Shown in pieces: positions 1 to 7,895 of a DNA stretch of 34,151 nt. The position numbers were made by a program, and so were the translations under genes. The stretch comes from Candidatus Krumholzibacteriia bacterium. Its GTDB lineage: Bacteria > Krumholzibacteriota > Krumholzibacteriia > LZORAL124-64-63. The notes beneath the pieces are model-generated. The model was not told the DNA's origin and searched no databases. It was given only the letters and a program-made list of their open reading frames with translations. The DNA lies in contig JAWOID010000113.1 in assembly GCA_046484865.1 (NCBI GenBank), positions 1 through 34,151 of the forward strand, read 5' to 3'. Every line of letters begins with the position of its first letter. Position 1 is the stretch's first letter.

Positions 1-282
1 AGGTCCATCTGGCGCTGGCCAACGCCGAATTTGCCCAGGGGTCTCTCTACAGCGCCCTGTACCCAGGCTCGCGCTGCAGCGGGAAGAACGCCAGCCCGTC
101 CAGCCGCGGCCCGAGCTCGCCGTAGAGCCGCTCCAGACGCAGGCGCGAGAGCTTCAGCCCGAGGCCGTCGTTGATGAAGTCGTCGAGCTCACGCCCGAGG
201 TAGTGCAGCTGGTTGTCACGGAGCTCCACGAGGTCACCGGTGCGCGGGAGCGACGGCGTGGGCGCTGGGGATCCTGCTGGTC

Positions 283-1854
283 GTGACCGCGACGGGCGTG
301 GCGGCCCAGCCGGTTCCCGACACCACGGCGCCGGGGACGACGGCGGCGGGGATCGTGGGCGATCCCGAGCCGTACCACGAGATGGAGCGGAAGCAGGACC
401 CCAAGGAGCTGAACTTCATCGGCTATTACTTTCTCAAGGGCACCTATTCCAACATCGCGCCGACCAACGAGTTCTTGAAGGGACAGGTGGTGGGCCGGCT
501 CTTCGGCGGCAACACGACGATCACGAGCGACGCCACCTCGAGTTACGCAGAGCAGCGCTTCATCCCCATGTTCACCTACTCGCCGCGGCTCTTCGACGGC
601 TGGGCCAAGATCCGGGCGAGCTTCGAGCTGGACTGGACCTGGGGCGACGCCGCCTACGGCACCGGCGGCAACTTCGGCGGCGGCTACGCCGCGGATTTCG
701 TGAACGTCCAGACGCAGAACCTCTTCCTGGAACTGCGTCCCCGCCGGAACCTCTTCATCAATGCGGGACTGCAGCGGCTCTTCGACAACGTCCGCGTGCC
801 CTGGTACACCTTCACCGATCATCTCACCTACAAGGGCTACCGCCTGGCCTTCTTCGGTTCGGACGCGACCGGCCTGTCGGCCCACTGGCTCTTCGACACC
901 GACAAGCGTCTCACGGTGGGGTTCTATCAGCTGTGGGAGAACAACGTCGAGCAGGACGACGACGTGGTCCTCTACAAGGCGGAGGTGGAGAAGGACCTCT
1001 CGATCGACAGTTCGGCCGGCCTCTCGTTCCGCTACGTTCGCGACCATGCCAGCGGCGAAGGGGGCGTCTCGATCCTGGGACAGGGGCTCAACTCGGGTCT
1101 GAGCAACTACAACGGCGTCTTCAACTTCGACTTCGGCAACCAGACCTATACCGCCGACGTCTTCTGGCTCGGCACGCAGTTCCACAAGGACCCGCTGCTC
1201 AGCCAGGGCGACACCGGCTTCGGCGGCTTCCTGGTCTGGAACTTCGGCGAGGCGCGGACGGCCGTGCAGTCGGTGGACATCAACGGGCTGGCCGGCAACC
1301 TCCGGATCGCGCACCGCTACGGCCCCTGGGCCGAGGACCAGATCGTGCTCGACGCCCTCTACACGACCGGCGACGACGACGGCATCGCCGACGGCACCTA
1401 CAGCGGCGTGCTCACGGGCAACAACTGGTCGTCGCCGGGCGCCGTCTTCATCAGCCACGGCCTGTATCTGCTCTTGCCCCACGGCAACGTGGTGAATCGG
1501 TTCGTGGCGGCGGTGATGGACATCCAGAACATCGGCTACGGCATGCAGGCGGTGTCGCTCGGCTTGTCCAAGGAAATGGTGCCCAACAAGTTCCGGGCGA
1601 GACTGGGCGGCGGCGTGGGTTACGCGTCGCAGACCGTCGCCGGCATGGGCGACCTGATCGGGACCGAGTTGAATCTGAACCTGCGCTGGCGGATGCGGGT
1701 GTTCATGGACCTGGAACTGCACGCGGCCTACCTGTGGCTGGGCGACTTCTACGACTCGCCCGAGGTCAACGGCTCCACCACCCAGAATCCCCTGGAAGGA
1801 AGGCCGCAGGATCCCTGGACCGTCTTCACCACCTTCAAGTGGATCGCCTTCTAG
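283..1854 (+). CDS. Putative outer-membrane beta-barrel protein (porin-like); true start uncertain
   Basis: 523-aa ORF, Gly/Tyr/Phe-rich with alternating aromatic pattern typical of beta-barrels. C-terminal residue is Phe (…TFKWIAF), the classic OMP sorting signature. A signal-like hydrophobic stretch (…LGILLVVTATGVAA-QP) is encoded in frame immediately upstream of the first GTG (283), see finding. Confidence 0.6.
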   Translation: MTATGVAAQPVPDTTAPGTTAAGIVGDPEPYHEMERKQDPKELNFIGYYFLKGTYSNIAPTNEFLKGQVVGRLFGGNTTITSDATSSYAEQRFIPMFTYSPRLFDGWAKIRASFELDWTWGDAAYGTGGNFGGGYAADFVNVQTQNLFLELRPRRNLFINAGLQRLFDNVRVPWYTFTDHLTYKGYRLAFFGSDATGLSAHWLFDTDKRLTVGFYQLWENNVEQDDDVVLYKAEVEKDLSIDSSAGLSFRYVRDHASGEGGVSILGQGLNSGLSNYNGVFNFDFGNQTYTADVFWLGTQFHKDPLLSQGDTGFGGFLVWNFGEARTAVQSVDINGLAGNLRIAHRYGPWAEDQIVLDALYTTGDDDGIADGTYSGVLTGNNWSSPGAVFISHGLYLLLPHGNVVNRFVAAVMDIQNIGYGMQAVSLGLSKEMVPNKFRARLGGGVGYASQTVAGMGDLIGTELNLNLRWRMRVFMDLELHAAYLWLGDFYDSPEVNGSTTQNPLEGRPQDPWTVFTTFKWIAF

Positions 1855-1863
1855 GGGGAGCCC

Positions 1864-2820
1864 ATGCGTGAACTGAAGATCCTCGTGACGGGAGCGGTGC
1901 TGCTCGCGGCCCTGAACGGTTGCTCCTCCACGGCCGGCTGGTACCACCTGCCGCCGCTGGAGTTCGACGAGGTGGATTACGGGTACGACGTGGAGCGGAC
2001 CCGCGTGCGCAACCTCGAGGTGGCGTACATCGACGCGGGCCGCGGCGACGTGCTGCTGCTGATCCACGGTCTCGGCAGCAATGCGAAGGCCTGGCTGCGC
2101 AATATCCCGGTCCTGGCCAGGGAACACCGCGTGATCGCGGTGGACCTGCCCGGCTACGGCAAGAGTTCCAAGGGGCCGTACCCGTACAGTCTCTCGTTCT
2201 ACGCCCAGGTGCTCACCGAGCTGCTCGACGAGATCGGTGTGCCGAGCGCCACCTGGGTGGGCCACTCCATGGGCGGTCAGATCGCGCTGGTCGCCGCCCT
2301 GGAGCGCGCCCGGGCGGTGGATCGCCTGGTGCTGGTCTCGCCCGCCGGCTTCGAGCGCTTCACCGACGGCGAGGGCGCCTGGATGCGCGGCGCGGTGACG
2401 GCCGAGTTCGTCTGCGAGACGCCCATCCGTTCCATCGCCGAGAACCTGGAGGTCAACTTCCACCGGAAGCCGCCCGAGGCGGACTTCATGATCACCGATC
2501 GCATCCAGATCCGCGGCGCCAGCGACTTCGAACGCTACTGCTACGCCGTGAGCCGGAACGTGGGCGCCATGCTGGACCACCCCGTGTACGAGGAACTGGT
2601 CCACGTGCGGCAACCCACGCTCGTGCTCTTCGGCGAGCGCGACGCGCTGATTCCCAACTCCTACCTGCACGGCGGCTTCGCCGAGGACGTGGCTCGCGAG
2701 GGGGCGGAGCGTCTGCCCGACGCGGAGCTGATCATGGCGCCCGACACGGGCCACTTCGTGCAGTTCGAGGCGGCGGACCTGACCAACCAGGCCATCCTGG
2801 CGTTCCTGCGGCGACGGTGA
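1864..2820 (+). CDS. Alpha/beta-fold hydrolase, lipoprotein
   Basis: RBS GGGGGAG before ATG. N-terminal signal with lipobox (LAALNGC). HGLGSN oxyanion region. GHSMGG nucleophile elbow (G-x-S-x-G). C-terminal His-containing region typical of alpha/beta hydrolases. Confidence 0.85.
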   Translation: MRELKILVTGAVLLAALNGCSSTAGWYHLPPLEFDEVDYGYDVERTRVRNLEVAYIDAGRGDVLLLIHGLGSNAKAWLRNIPVLAREHRVIAVDLPGYGKSSKGPYPYSLSFYAQVLTELLDEIGVPSATWVGHSMGGQIALVAALERARAVDRLVLVSPAGFERFTDGEGAWMRGAVTAEFVCETPIRSIAENLEVNFHRKPPEADFMITDRIQIRGASDFERYCYAVSRNVGAMLDHPVYEELVHVRQPTLVLFGERDALIPNSYLHGGFAEDVAREGAERLPDAELIMAPDTGHFVQFEAADLTNQAILAFLRRR

Positions 2821-2911
2821 GGCGACGGCGCCGCGCACCCTGAGGCGGCACCACCGCGCGCTGAGGCGACGGCGCCGCGCGGCGATGCGACGGGCGCCGC
2901 GCGGCGATGCG
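2818..2911. repeat. Nested short direct repeats in convergent intergenic region
   Basis: 19-bp unit TGAGGCGACGGCGCCGCGC occurs at 2818-2836 and again at 2862-2880. CGCCGCGCGGCGATGCG occurs twice (about 2873-2889 and 2895-2911). Lies between the stop codons of convergent genes. Confidence 0.5.
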
Positions 2912-2919
2912 GCCTCGTC

Positions 2920-3903
2920 TCAGGTGACCACCACGTCCGGCTCCCGGCGCGTGCCTGCCCACCCGCCGATGGCGGCCGCGAAACCGCCCAGCAGCAGGAC
3001 GGCGAACGCGATGATCGCGGCCGTACCGACGGCATCGGTCGCAGCCCCGGCAGTCTGCCGCGCCTGCCGGCCGATCCGCTGGCCGATTCGGGAGATGGTC
3101 TGCTCGGCGTTCCCGAACTCCTGTTCCCAGCGCCGGGCCAGTTGCTGTGACTCGGCCCGGGTGAGCGTCGTCTCCCGGGCCAGGACGTCCACGATCGTCT
3201 GACGGTCGAGTTCGCGCTGGTCGTCGACGGCGATCCGCAGCAGGCTCCTCAGGGCGTTCTCCACCTCGGCCATCTCCACCTCGATCACGTTCTCGGGAAT
3301 CCCGGCCTCGCGCAGGACCTCCCGCGCCTCCTGCCTGAGCGTGGAGCCGATCTCCAGGTCGAGCTCCTCCACCAACCCGGACGAACCGGAGACCGCGGTG
3401 CTCGCGCCCCGGCCTGCCAGCTCCAGCACCTGCCGGGTGGTCTGAACAGTCGTGCTGACGACCGCGCCGATCCCCGTCGAGAGCCCCCAGAACACGATGA
3501 TCGACACGAGCCCCCAGGCGACCACGCCGTGCAGCGCGCCCCCGAGCCTGCGCACCGGGCCGGAGAGGCGGCCGGCGATCAGGCCGCCGACGATGAGCGC
3601 GAGCAACCAGGTGGCGACCCACCAGATGACCGCGCCCGTGCCCAGACCGGCGAGCGGATCATCCTCCTGGGCCGGGTTGATGGACAGCAGCCCCACCCCC
3701 AGCCCCAGCAGGTTCAGGGTCATCATGACGGCCAGCGCCACGATGGTACCCGCGAAGATCGCGCCCCACGATGCGCGCGAACCCGACCGTCCGGTCTGCA
3801 CGACGGTCGTCTGGTGGACGGGCTCGGTATAGCCGGGGTCGAAATCGGGTCCGGGAATGGGTCCCTCGGTTCTCCGCGGCGGCTGACGGGATCCGCTCTC
3901 CAT
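2920..3903 (-). CDS. Hypothetical integral membrane protein (several TM helices, C-terminal charged coiled region)
   Basis: Track ORF 2920..3948 on the minus strand. Preferred start is ATG at 3903 (MESGSRQ…), preceded by GGAGG with about 6-nt spacing. Multiple hydrophobic helices (e.g. AIFAGTIVALAVMMTLNLLGLGVGLL, VIWWVATWLLALIVGGLIAG). No recognisable catalytic motifs. Confidence 0.6.
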   Translation of the reverse strand: MESGSRQPPRRTEGPIPGPDFDPGYTEPVHQTTVVQTGRSGSRASWGAIFAGTIVALAVMMTLNLLGLGVGLLSINPAQEDDPLAGLGTGAVIWWVATWLLALIVGGLIAGRLSGPVRRLGGALHGVVAWGLVSIIVFWGLSTGIGAVVSTTVQTTRQVLELAGRGASTAVSGSSGLVEELDLEIGSTLRQEAREVLREAGIPENVIEVEMAEVENALRSLLRIAVDDQRELDRQTIVDVLARETTLTRAESQQLARRWEQEFGNAEQTISRIGQRIGRQARQTAGAATDAVGTAAIIAFAVLLLGGFAAAIGGWAGTRREPDVVVT

Positions 3904-3940
3904 GGCATGCCTCCATTGACTCGGGTCTGGCTGAATGCAG

Positions 3941-3958
3941 TGTCGCACGGGTGCGACA
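3941..3958. promoter_or_regulatory. Inverted repeat TGTCGCAC-GG-GTGCGACA, candidate operator upstream of membrane protein gene
   Basis: Perfect 8-bp arms with a 2-bp spacer, about 38-55 bp upstream of ATG 3903 on the coding (minus) strand. No U-run follows, so a protein-binding site is more likely than a terminator. Confidence 0.35.
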
Positions 3959-4097
3959 ACAACCTGACCAACTGGCAGCTGTCCACCATCAGGAGGACCC
4001 CGATGTCTTCAGTCGGGGAGAAATCGTGTCTGCGGGTCGACCAGGCCGGGGAGCACGGCTAACCGGCGATTCTGACCGCCTGCCCGGTATCCGGCCG

Positions 4098-4910
4098 TCA
4101 GCGGGCGGCGGCTCCAGCCGGTCGCCAGACCAGGCGGGCGCGATAGACCTCACGCCGGTCCTGCCCGCGCAGCAAAACGTGATCGAAGGTGAGGGGCGAG
4201 TCGGATGCCCGGATGCGGCGGCTGATCACCACGTCCGGGTAGACGGCCTCCGCCAGGAAGTTCACCTCCATCTCGGCGATCTCGTGGCTGCGGAGGAAGC
4301 CCGGCTCGTAGGTTTCCAGCGCCAGGTCCAGGTAGCGGGTGTTGGTCACGTGGCCGAGCAGATCGATGTCGCTCCAGCGCAGCGGCACGTGCTGTTCCAG
4401 TTCGTGGTCGGCCATGGGAGGCAGCTTGTCGGTGTCACGGTCCAGTGCCCGATCGTCCCGCCATGGCCGATGCTGTTCGAACCGATCCAGTGACACCGCA
4501 CGCCGCGATCGCAGGCTCATCAGGAAGTAGGCGCCGCTGGCCGCGGCGAGTTCCTCCCCGGCCGCGGAGAGCAGGCGGAAGTCACGCAGGCCGCGCAGGC
4601 CGGAGAGCGTGCGCGGCCACGTCTCGAGGACCACCTCGTCCTGGAACACCGGGTAGCGGTGCACGCGCACGAGCAGACCTCCCACCACCCAGGTCAGCCC
4701 CTCGCGCTGCAGCGTCTGGAAGCCGACGCCCAGCCGGTCGGCGTGGTTCACCGCCGTTTCCTGGAGGTACCGCCCGAGCGCCGCGGGAGAGAGCCGGGCG
4801 CGGGGGTCGGCGTCCCAGGAGGTGACCCGGTAGAGTTCGCGCAGGGTGAGTCCGTCGGGCGAGACGCCGGCGGTCGTCCCGGAGGTCTGCTCGTGGTCGG
4901 CGGCGGACAT
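4098..4910 (-). CDS. Acyl-ACP thioesterase family protein
   Basis: 270 aa; GGAGG RBS about 7 nt before ATG. Tandem hotdog organisation with motifs typical of the FatA/FatB-type acyl-ACP thioesterase family (…LGHVTNTRYLDLALE…, …NHADRLGVG…). Confidence 0.8.
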   Translation of the reverse strand: MSAADHEQTSGTTAGVSPDGLTLRELYRVTSWDADPRARLSPAALGRYLQETAVNHADRLGVGFQTLQREGLTWVVGGLLVRVHRYPVFQDEVVLETWPRTLSGLRGLRDFRLLSAAGEELAAASGAYFLMSLRSRRAVSLDRFEQHRPWRDDRALDRDTDKLPPMADHELEQHVPLRWSDIDLLGHVTNTRYLDLALETYEPGFLRSHEIAEMEVNFLAEAVYPDVVISRRIRASDSPLTFDHVLLRGQDRREVYRARLVWRPAGAAAR

Positions 4911-5236
4911 CGGTCATCCTCCAGCGATGATCGGCTGATGCAGGGCGCAGCCTGCGGTCGAGAGCGGGTCATCCGGCACGGTGGGGTCGATCGGCGCCGG
5001 CCGCAAGTCCGTTCTGCCGCCCCCGGGACGCGGGGCCGGGCGGCCGCGCACCATCGCCCGCGCCGCGGTGGGACCTGCTGCCCGATGCGCTGCACCTCGC
5101 ACACCGCTCGGGCCGCGCGCGCCGCTCCGGGACTTGCTTGGCGCGATCGGCTCGACGATCATCCTTCCGGCGCATCCCGGGCCCGAGCCGCCAGCTGATT
5201 CGAAGGCGACCTGAGCCGCCGCCGTGAGGAGTCCGC

Positions 5237-6244
5237 ATGTCCCTGCAGCCCCTGCGCATCGCCGTCATCGGCGCCGGACACCTGGGCCGCTGGCACGCCC
5301 AGCAGCTCTCCACGCTCCCGGACGTGGAACTGGTCGCGATCTGCGACCCGGACCCGCGGTGCCGCGAACTGGCCGACCGGTACGGGTGCGCGCTGGTGCA
5401 GGAGGCGGCGGACCTCGACGCCGGCGGGCTGGACGGCGCGACCATCGCCGCTCCCACGACGCTGCACCACGATCTCGCCCGACACTTCCTGGAGCGGGAC
5501 GTGCCCTGCCTGGTCGAGAAGCCGCTGGCCGCCACGGTGTCGGATGCCCGCGCGCTCTGTGAACTGGCCGAGGGCCGCGGCGTGCTGCTGCAGGTCGGGC
5601 ACATCGAGCGGTTCAACCCCGCCCTGCGGGCGGTGGCACAGCAGATCCGGATGCCACGCTTCCTGGAGGCGGTGCGGCTGGCTCCGTATCCCTTCCGGGC
5701 CACCGACGTGGGCGTGATCCTCGACCTGATGATCCATGACCTGGAGATCGTCATCGCCCTGGTGCAGCGGGAGATCCGGGTGGTGCGCGCCTGGGCGGCA
5801 CCGGTGTTCTCGGACACCGAGGACCTCGCCGCGGCGTGGATCGAGTTCGAGGGCGGCGCCTGCGCGCAGCTGAAGGCGGTCCGTGCCGCCCTGCACAGCG
5901 AACGCCGCCTGCGGGTCTACCAGGACGACGGCTGCCTGGAGGTGGATTTTCTGGGCCGCACCGCGACCATGATCCGGCGCCGGGACGACGTCGATCCCGA
6001 GCTGGTGCCGTCCAGCTTGAGTCCGGACGATCTCGGCGGGATGGCCCCGGTCGACTTCGTGCGGGAACGGCTGGTGACCGTCGAACAGCCGGCCGTGGAC
6101 GTCGGCGCCAACCCGCTGCGCGACGAACTGGCGGCCTTTGCGGCGAGCATCCGCCTCGGCACGCCGCCCCTGGTCGGCGGCCGGGACGGTCTGCGGGCCA
6201 TCGAGGCCGCCGAGCGGGTTCGGACGGCGGCGGGCCTGGGCTGA
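5237..6244 (+). CDS. Gfo/Idh/MocA family NAD(P)-dependent oxidoreductase
   Basis: RBS GAGGAG. N-terminal Rossmann motif IAVIGAGHLGRWH. EKP motif (CLVEKPLA) characteristic of the Gfo/Idh/MocA family. C-terminal alpha/beta domain. Confidence 0.85.
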   Translation: MSLQPLRIAVIGAGHLGRWHAQQLSTLPDVELVAICDPDPRCRELADRYGCALVQEAADLDAGGLDGATIAAPTTLHHDLARHFLERDVPCLVEKPLAATVSDARALCELAEGRGVLLQVGHIERFNPALRAVAQQIRMPRFLEAVRLAPYPFRATDVGVILDLMIHDLEIVIALVQREIRVVRAWAAPVFSDTEDLAAAWIEFEGGACAQLKAVRAALHSERRLRVYQDDGCLEVDFLGRTATMIRRRDDVDPELVPSSLSPDDLGGMAPVDFVRERLVTVEQPAVDVGANPLRDELAAFAASIRLGTPPLVGGRDGLRAIEAAERVRTAAGLG

Positions 6245-6398
6245 GGGATGGCCACGGCGGTCGTGCGGAGGTTCCTGCGGCAGCCGCGCGGACGCACCCT
6301 GCCGGCCTCGAGCGCGTAATTCGGATGAATCAACATGTGAATCGAGTGGGGATCGCCACCATAGTCCGTTCTTTTTTGCCCCCGGCCCGAAAACCGCG

Positions 6399-6426
6399 TT
6401 GACATCCAACCGCGATCTCGTACTTT
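6399..6426 (+). promoter_or_regulatory. Sigma70-like promoter (TTGACA-N16-TACTTT) upstream of kamA operon
   Basis: TTGACA at 6399-6404, then a 16-bp spacer and TACTTT(AT) at 6421-6426. It sits in a locally AT-richer stretch, about 150 nt upstream of the GTG start at 6579. Confidence 0.4.
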
Positions 6427-6578
6427 ATCGCGCCACTACCGGGTGTGACCGGTCGGGAGGCCGGCCCCCGTGTCGTACCGACGGACCGTCCGGGCGCCGC
6501 CCCTGCGCGGCATCAGAATCCGGACGACCAGACCGCCGGCGAGGTTTGTGTGGTTGCCAGCCTTCGAGGAGGCGAACC

Positions 6579-7895
6579 GTGCAGAAGCACCTCGTGAGCG
6601 GTAGGGCGTACTCGTTCAAGGTTCCCGTGCGGATCCAGGAGGTCGAGTCGGACACGTCCGACGACCCACCGTCCGCAGGAGCTGCGCCCGCCGAAGACGA
6701 ACACCACCCTCCCTCCGATGACCTCACCCACCTGATCGCCAAGCGACTGCCCGCTTCCGGGCCGCGGACCCGCGCCTTCCGGCGCGCGTTCCATCCGCGC
6801 GTGACGGACCGCGAGTGGAACGACTGGCGCTGGCAGATGCGCCACCGTGTCCGCTCCTTCGACCAGCTCGACCGGATGGTCCGGCTCTCGGACCAGGAGC
6901 GGCATGCGCTCCAGCAGGGCGGATCGATGCTGCCGGTGGCGATCACCCCGTATTACATGAGCCTGCTCGATCCAGACGATCCGCTGCAGCCCCTGCGCCG
7001 CACGGTGATCCCCGTGCAGTCGGAGTTCCTGCGCTCCGTCGGCGAGTCGGACGACCCGCTGGGCGAGGACGACCATAGCCCGGTGCCCGGTCTCGTGCAC
7101 CGCTACCCGGACCGGGTGCTCTTCCTGGTGCACGACCACTGCGCCACCTTCTGCCGCTACTGCACGCGTTCGCGCGTGGTGGGACAGGGCGAGCTGAAGC
7201 CGGACAAGGAGCGCTTGGAGGCGGGGCTCGCGTACATTCGCCGCACGCCCGCCATCCGCGACGTGCTGCTCTCGGGCGGCGATCCCCTGAACGTGGCCGA
7301 CGACCGGCTCGACTGGCTCCTGGGTGAGCTGCGGCGCATCCCGCACGTCCAGTTCCTGCGCATCGGCACCAAGGTGCCGGCGGTGTTGCCTCAGCGAGTG
7401 ACGCCGGCGCTGGCGAGGATGCTGCGCAAGCATCACCCGCTGTTCCTGAGCATCCATTTCACCCACCCGGACGAATGCACCGTGGAGACGGCGCGCGCCT
7501 GCCGGCGCCTGTCCGACGCGGGCATCCCCCTGGGATCGCAGACCGTGCTGCTCAAGGGCGTGAACGACGACGTGGTGACGATGAAGCAGCTCGTCCACCG
7601 GCTGCTGGTCATGCGCGTGCGTCCCTATTACCTGTACCAGTGCGACCCGATCTCCGGATCGAGTCATTTCCGGACGAGCGTCTCCAGAGGGCTCGAGATC
7701 ATCCGGGGCCTGCGCGGGTGGACCACCGGATACGCCGTCCCCACCTACGTCATCGACGCGCCCGGCGGCGGCGGCAAGATCCCGCTGCAGCCGGACTCGG
7801 TGGCCGGTCGGGAAGGCGATGATCTCCTGCTGCGCAATTTCGCCGGCGAGGTGTTCCGGTACCATGACCGCGGCAGCAGCGTGGAGGTGATGTGA
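6579..7895 (+). CDS. kamA: KamA-family radical-SAM amino-acid 2,3-aminomutase (lysine 2,3-aminomutase-like, PLP-dependent)
   Basis: GGAGG RBS 8 nt before GTG 6579. Conserved KamA N-terminal WNDWRWQ motif. Radical-SAM CxxxCxxC (HCATFCRYCTRS). PLP-lysine motif PTYVIDAPGGGGKIP. Full-length C-terminal domain, so not the short EpmB type. The 5' part of track ORF 6138..7895 is rejected as read-through. Confidence 0.85.
   Translation: MQKHLVSGRAYSFKVPVRIQEVESDTSDDPPSAGAAPAEDEHHPPSDDLTHLIAKRLPASGPRTRAFRRAFHPRVTDREWNDWRWQMRHRVRSFDQLDRMVRLSDQERHALQQGGSMLPVAITPYYMSLLDPDDPLQPLRRTVIPVQSEFLRSVGESDDPLGEDDHSPVPGLVHRYPDRVLFLVHDHCATFCRYCTRSRVVGQGELKPDKERLEAGLAYIRRTPAIRDVLLSGGDPLNVADDRLDWLLGELRRIPHVQFLRIGTKVPAVLPQRVTPALARMLRKHHPLFLSIHFTHPDECTVETARACRRLSDAGIPLGSQTVLLKGVNDDVVTMKQLVHRLLVMRVRPYYLYQCDPISGSSHFRTSVSRGLEIIRGLRGWTTGYAVPTYVIDAPGGGGKIPLQPDSVAGREGDDLLLRNFAGEVFRYHDRGSSVEVM

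Noticed and set aside
154-2838. 894-aa ORF on minus strand
   Set aside because: It is antisense to two well-supported genes (OMP, alpha/beta hydrolase). Composition is Arg/Gly/Val/His-rich low complexity with no recognisable motifs. This is the typical high-GC open-frame artefact.
4911-5236. 326-bp divergent intergenic region between thioesterase and Gfo/Idh/MocA genes, examined for small ORFs or RNA
   Set aside because: Only short GC-rich frames without RBS or start context. No convincing structure or conserved motif recognised.
5159-6409. 416-aa ORF on minus strand and the 4969..5817 Ser/Arg-rich ORF
   Set aside because: Both are antisense to or overlapping the Gfo/Idh/MocA gene, which has Rossmann and EKP motifs. 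Low-complexity composition.
6138-6578. N-terminal 147 codons of track ORF 6138..7895
   Set aside because: This is read-through of the intergenic leader. A strong RBS + GTG at 6579 and a promoter at ~6400 place the real start downstream. The upstream translation is Arg/Ser/Pro-rich junk.
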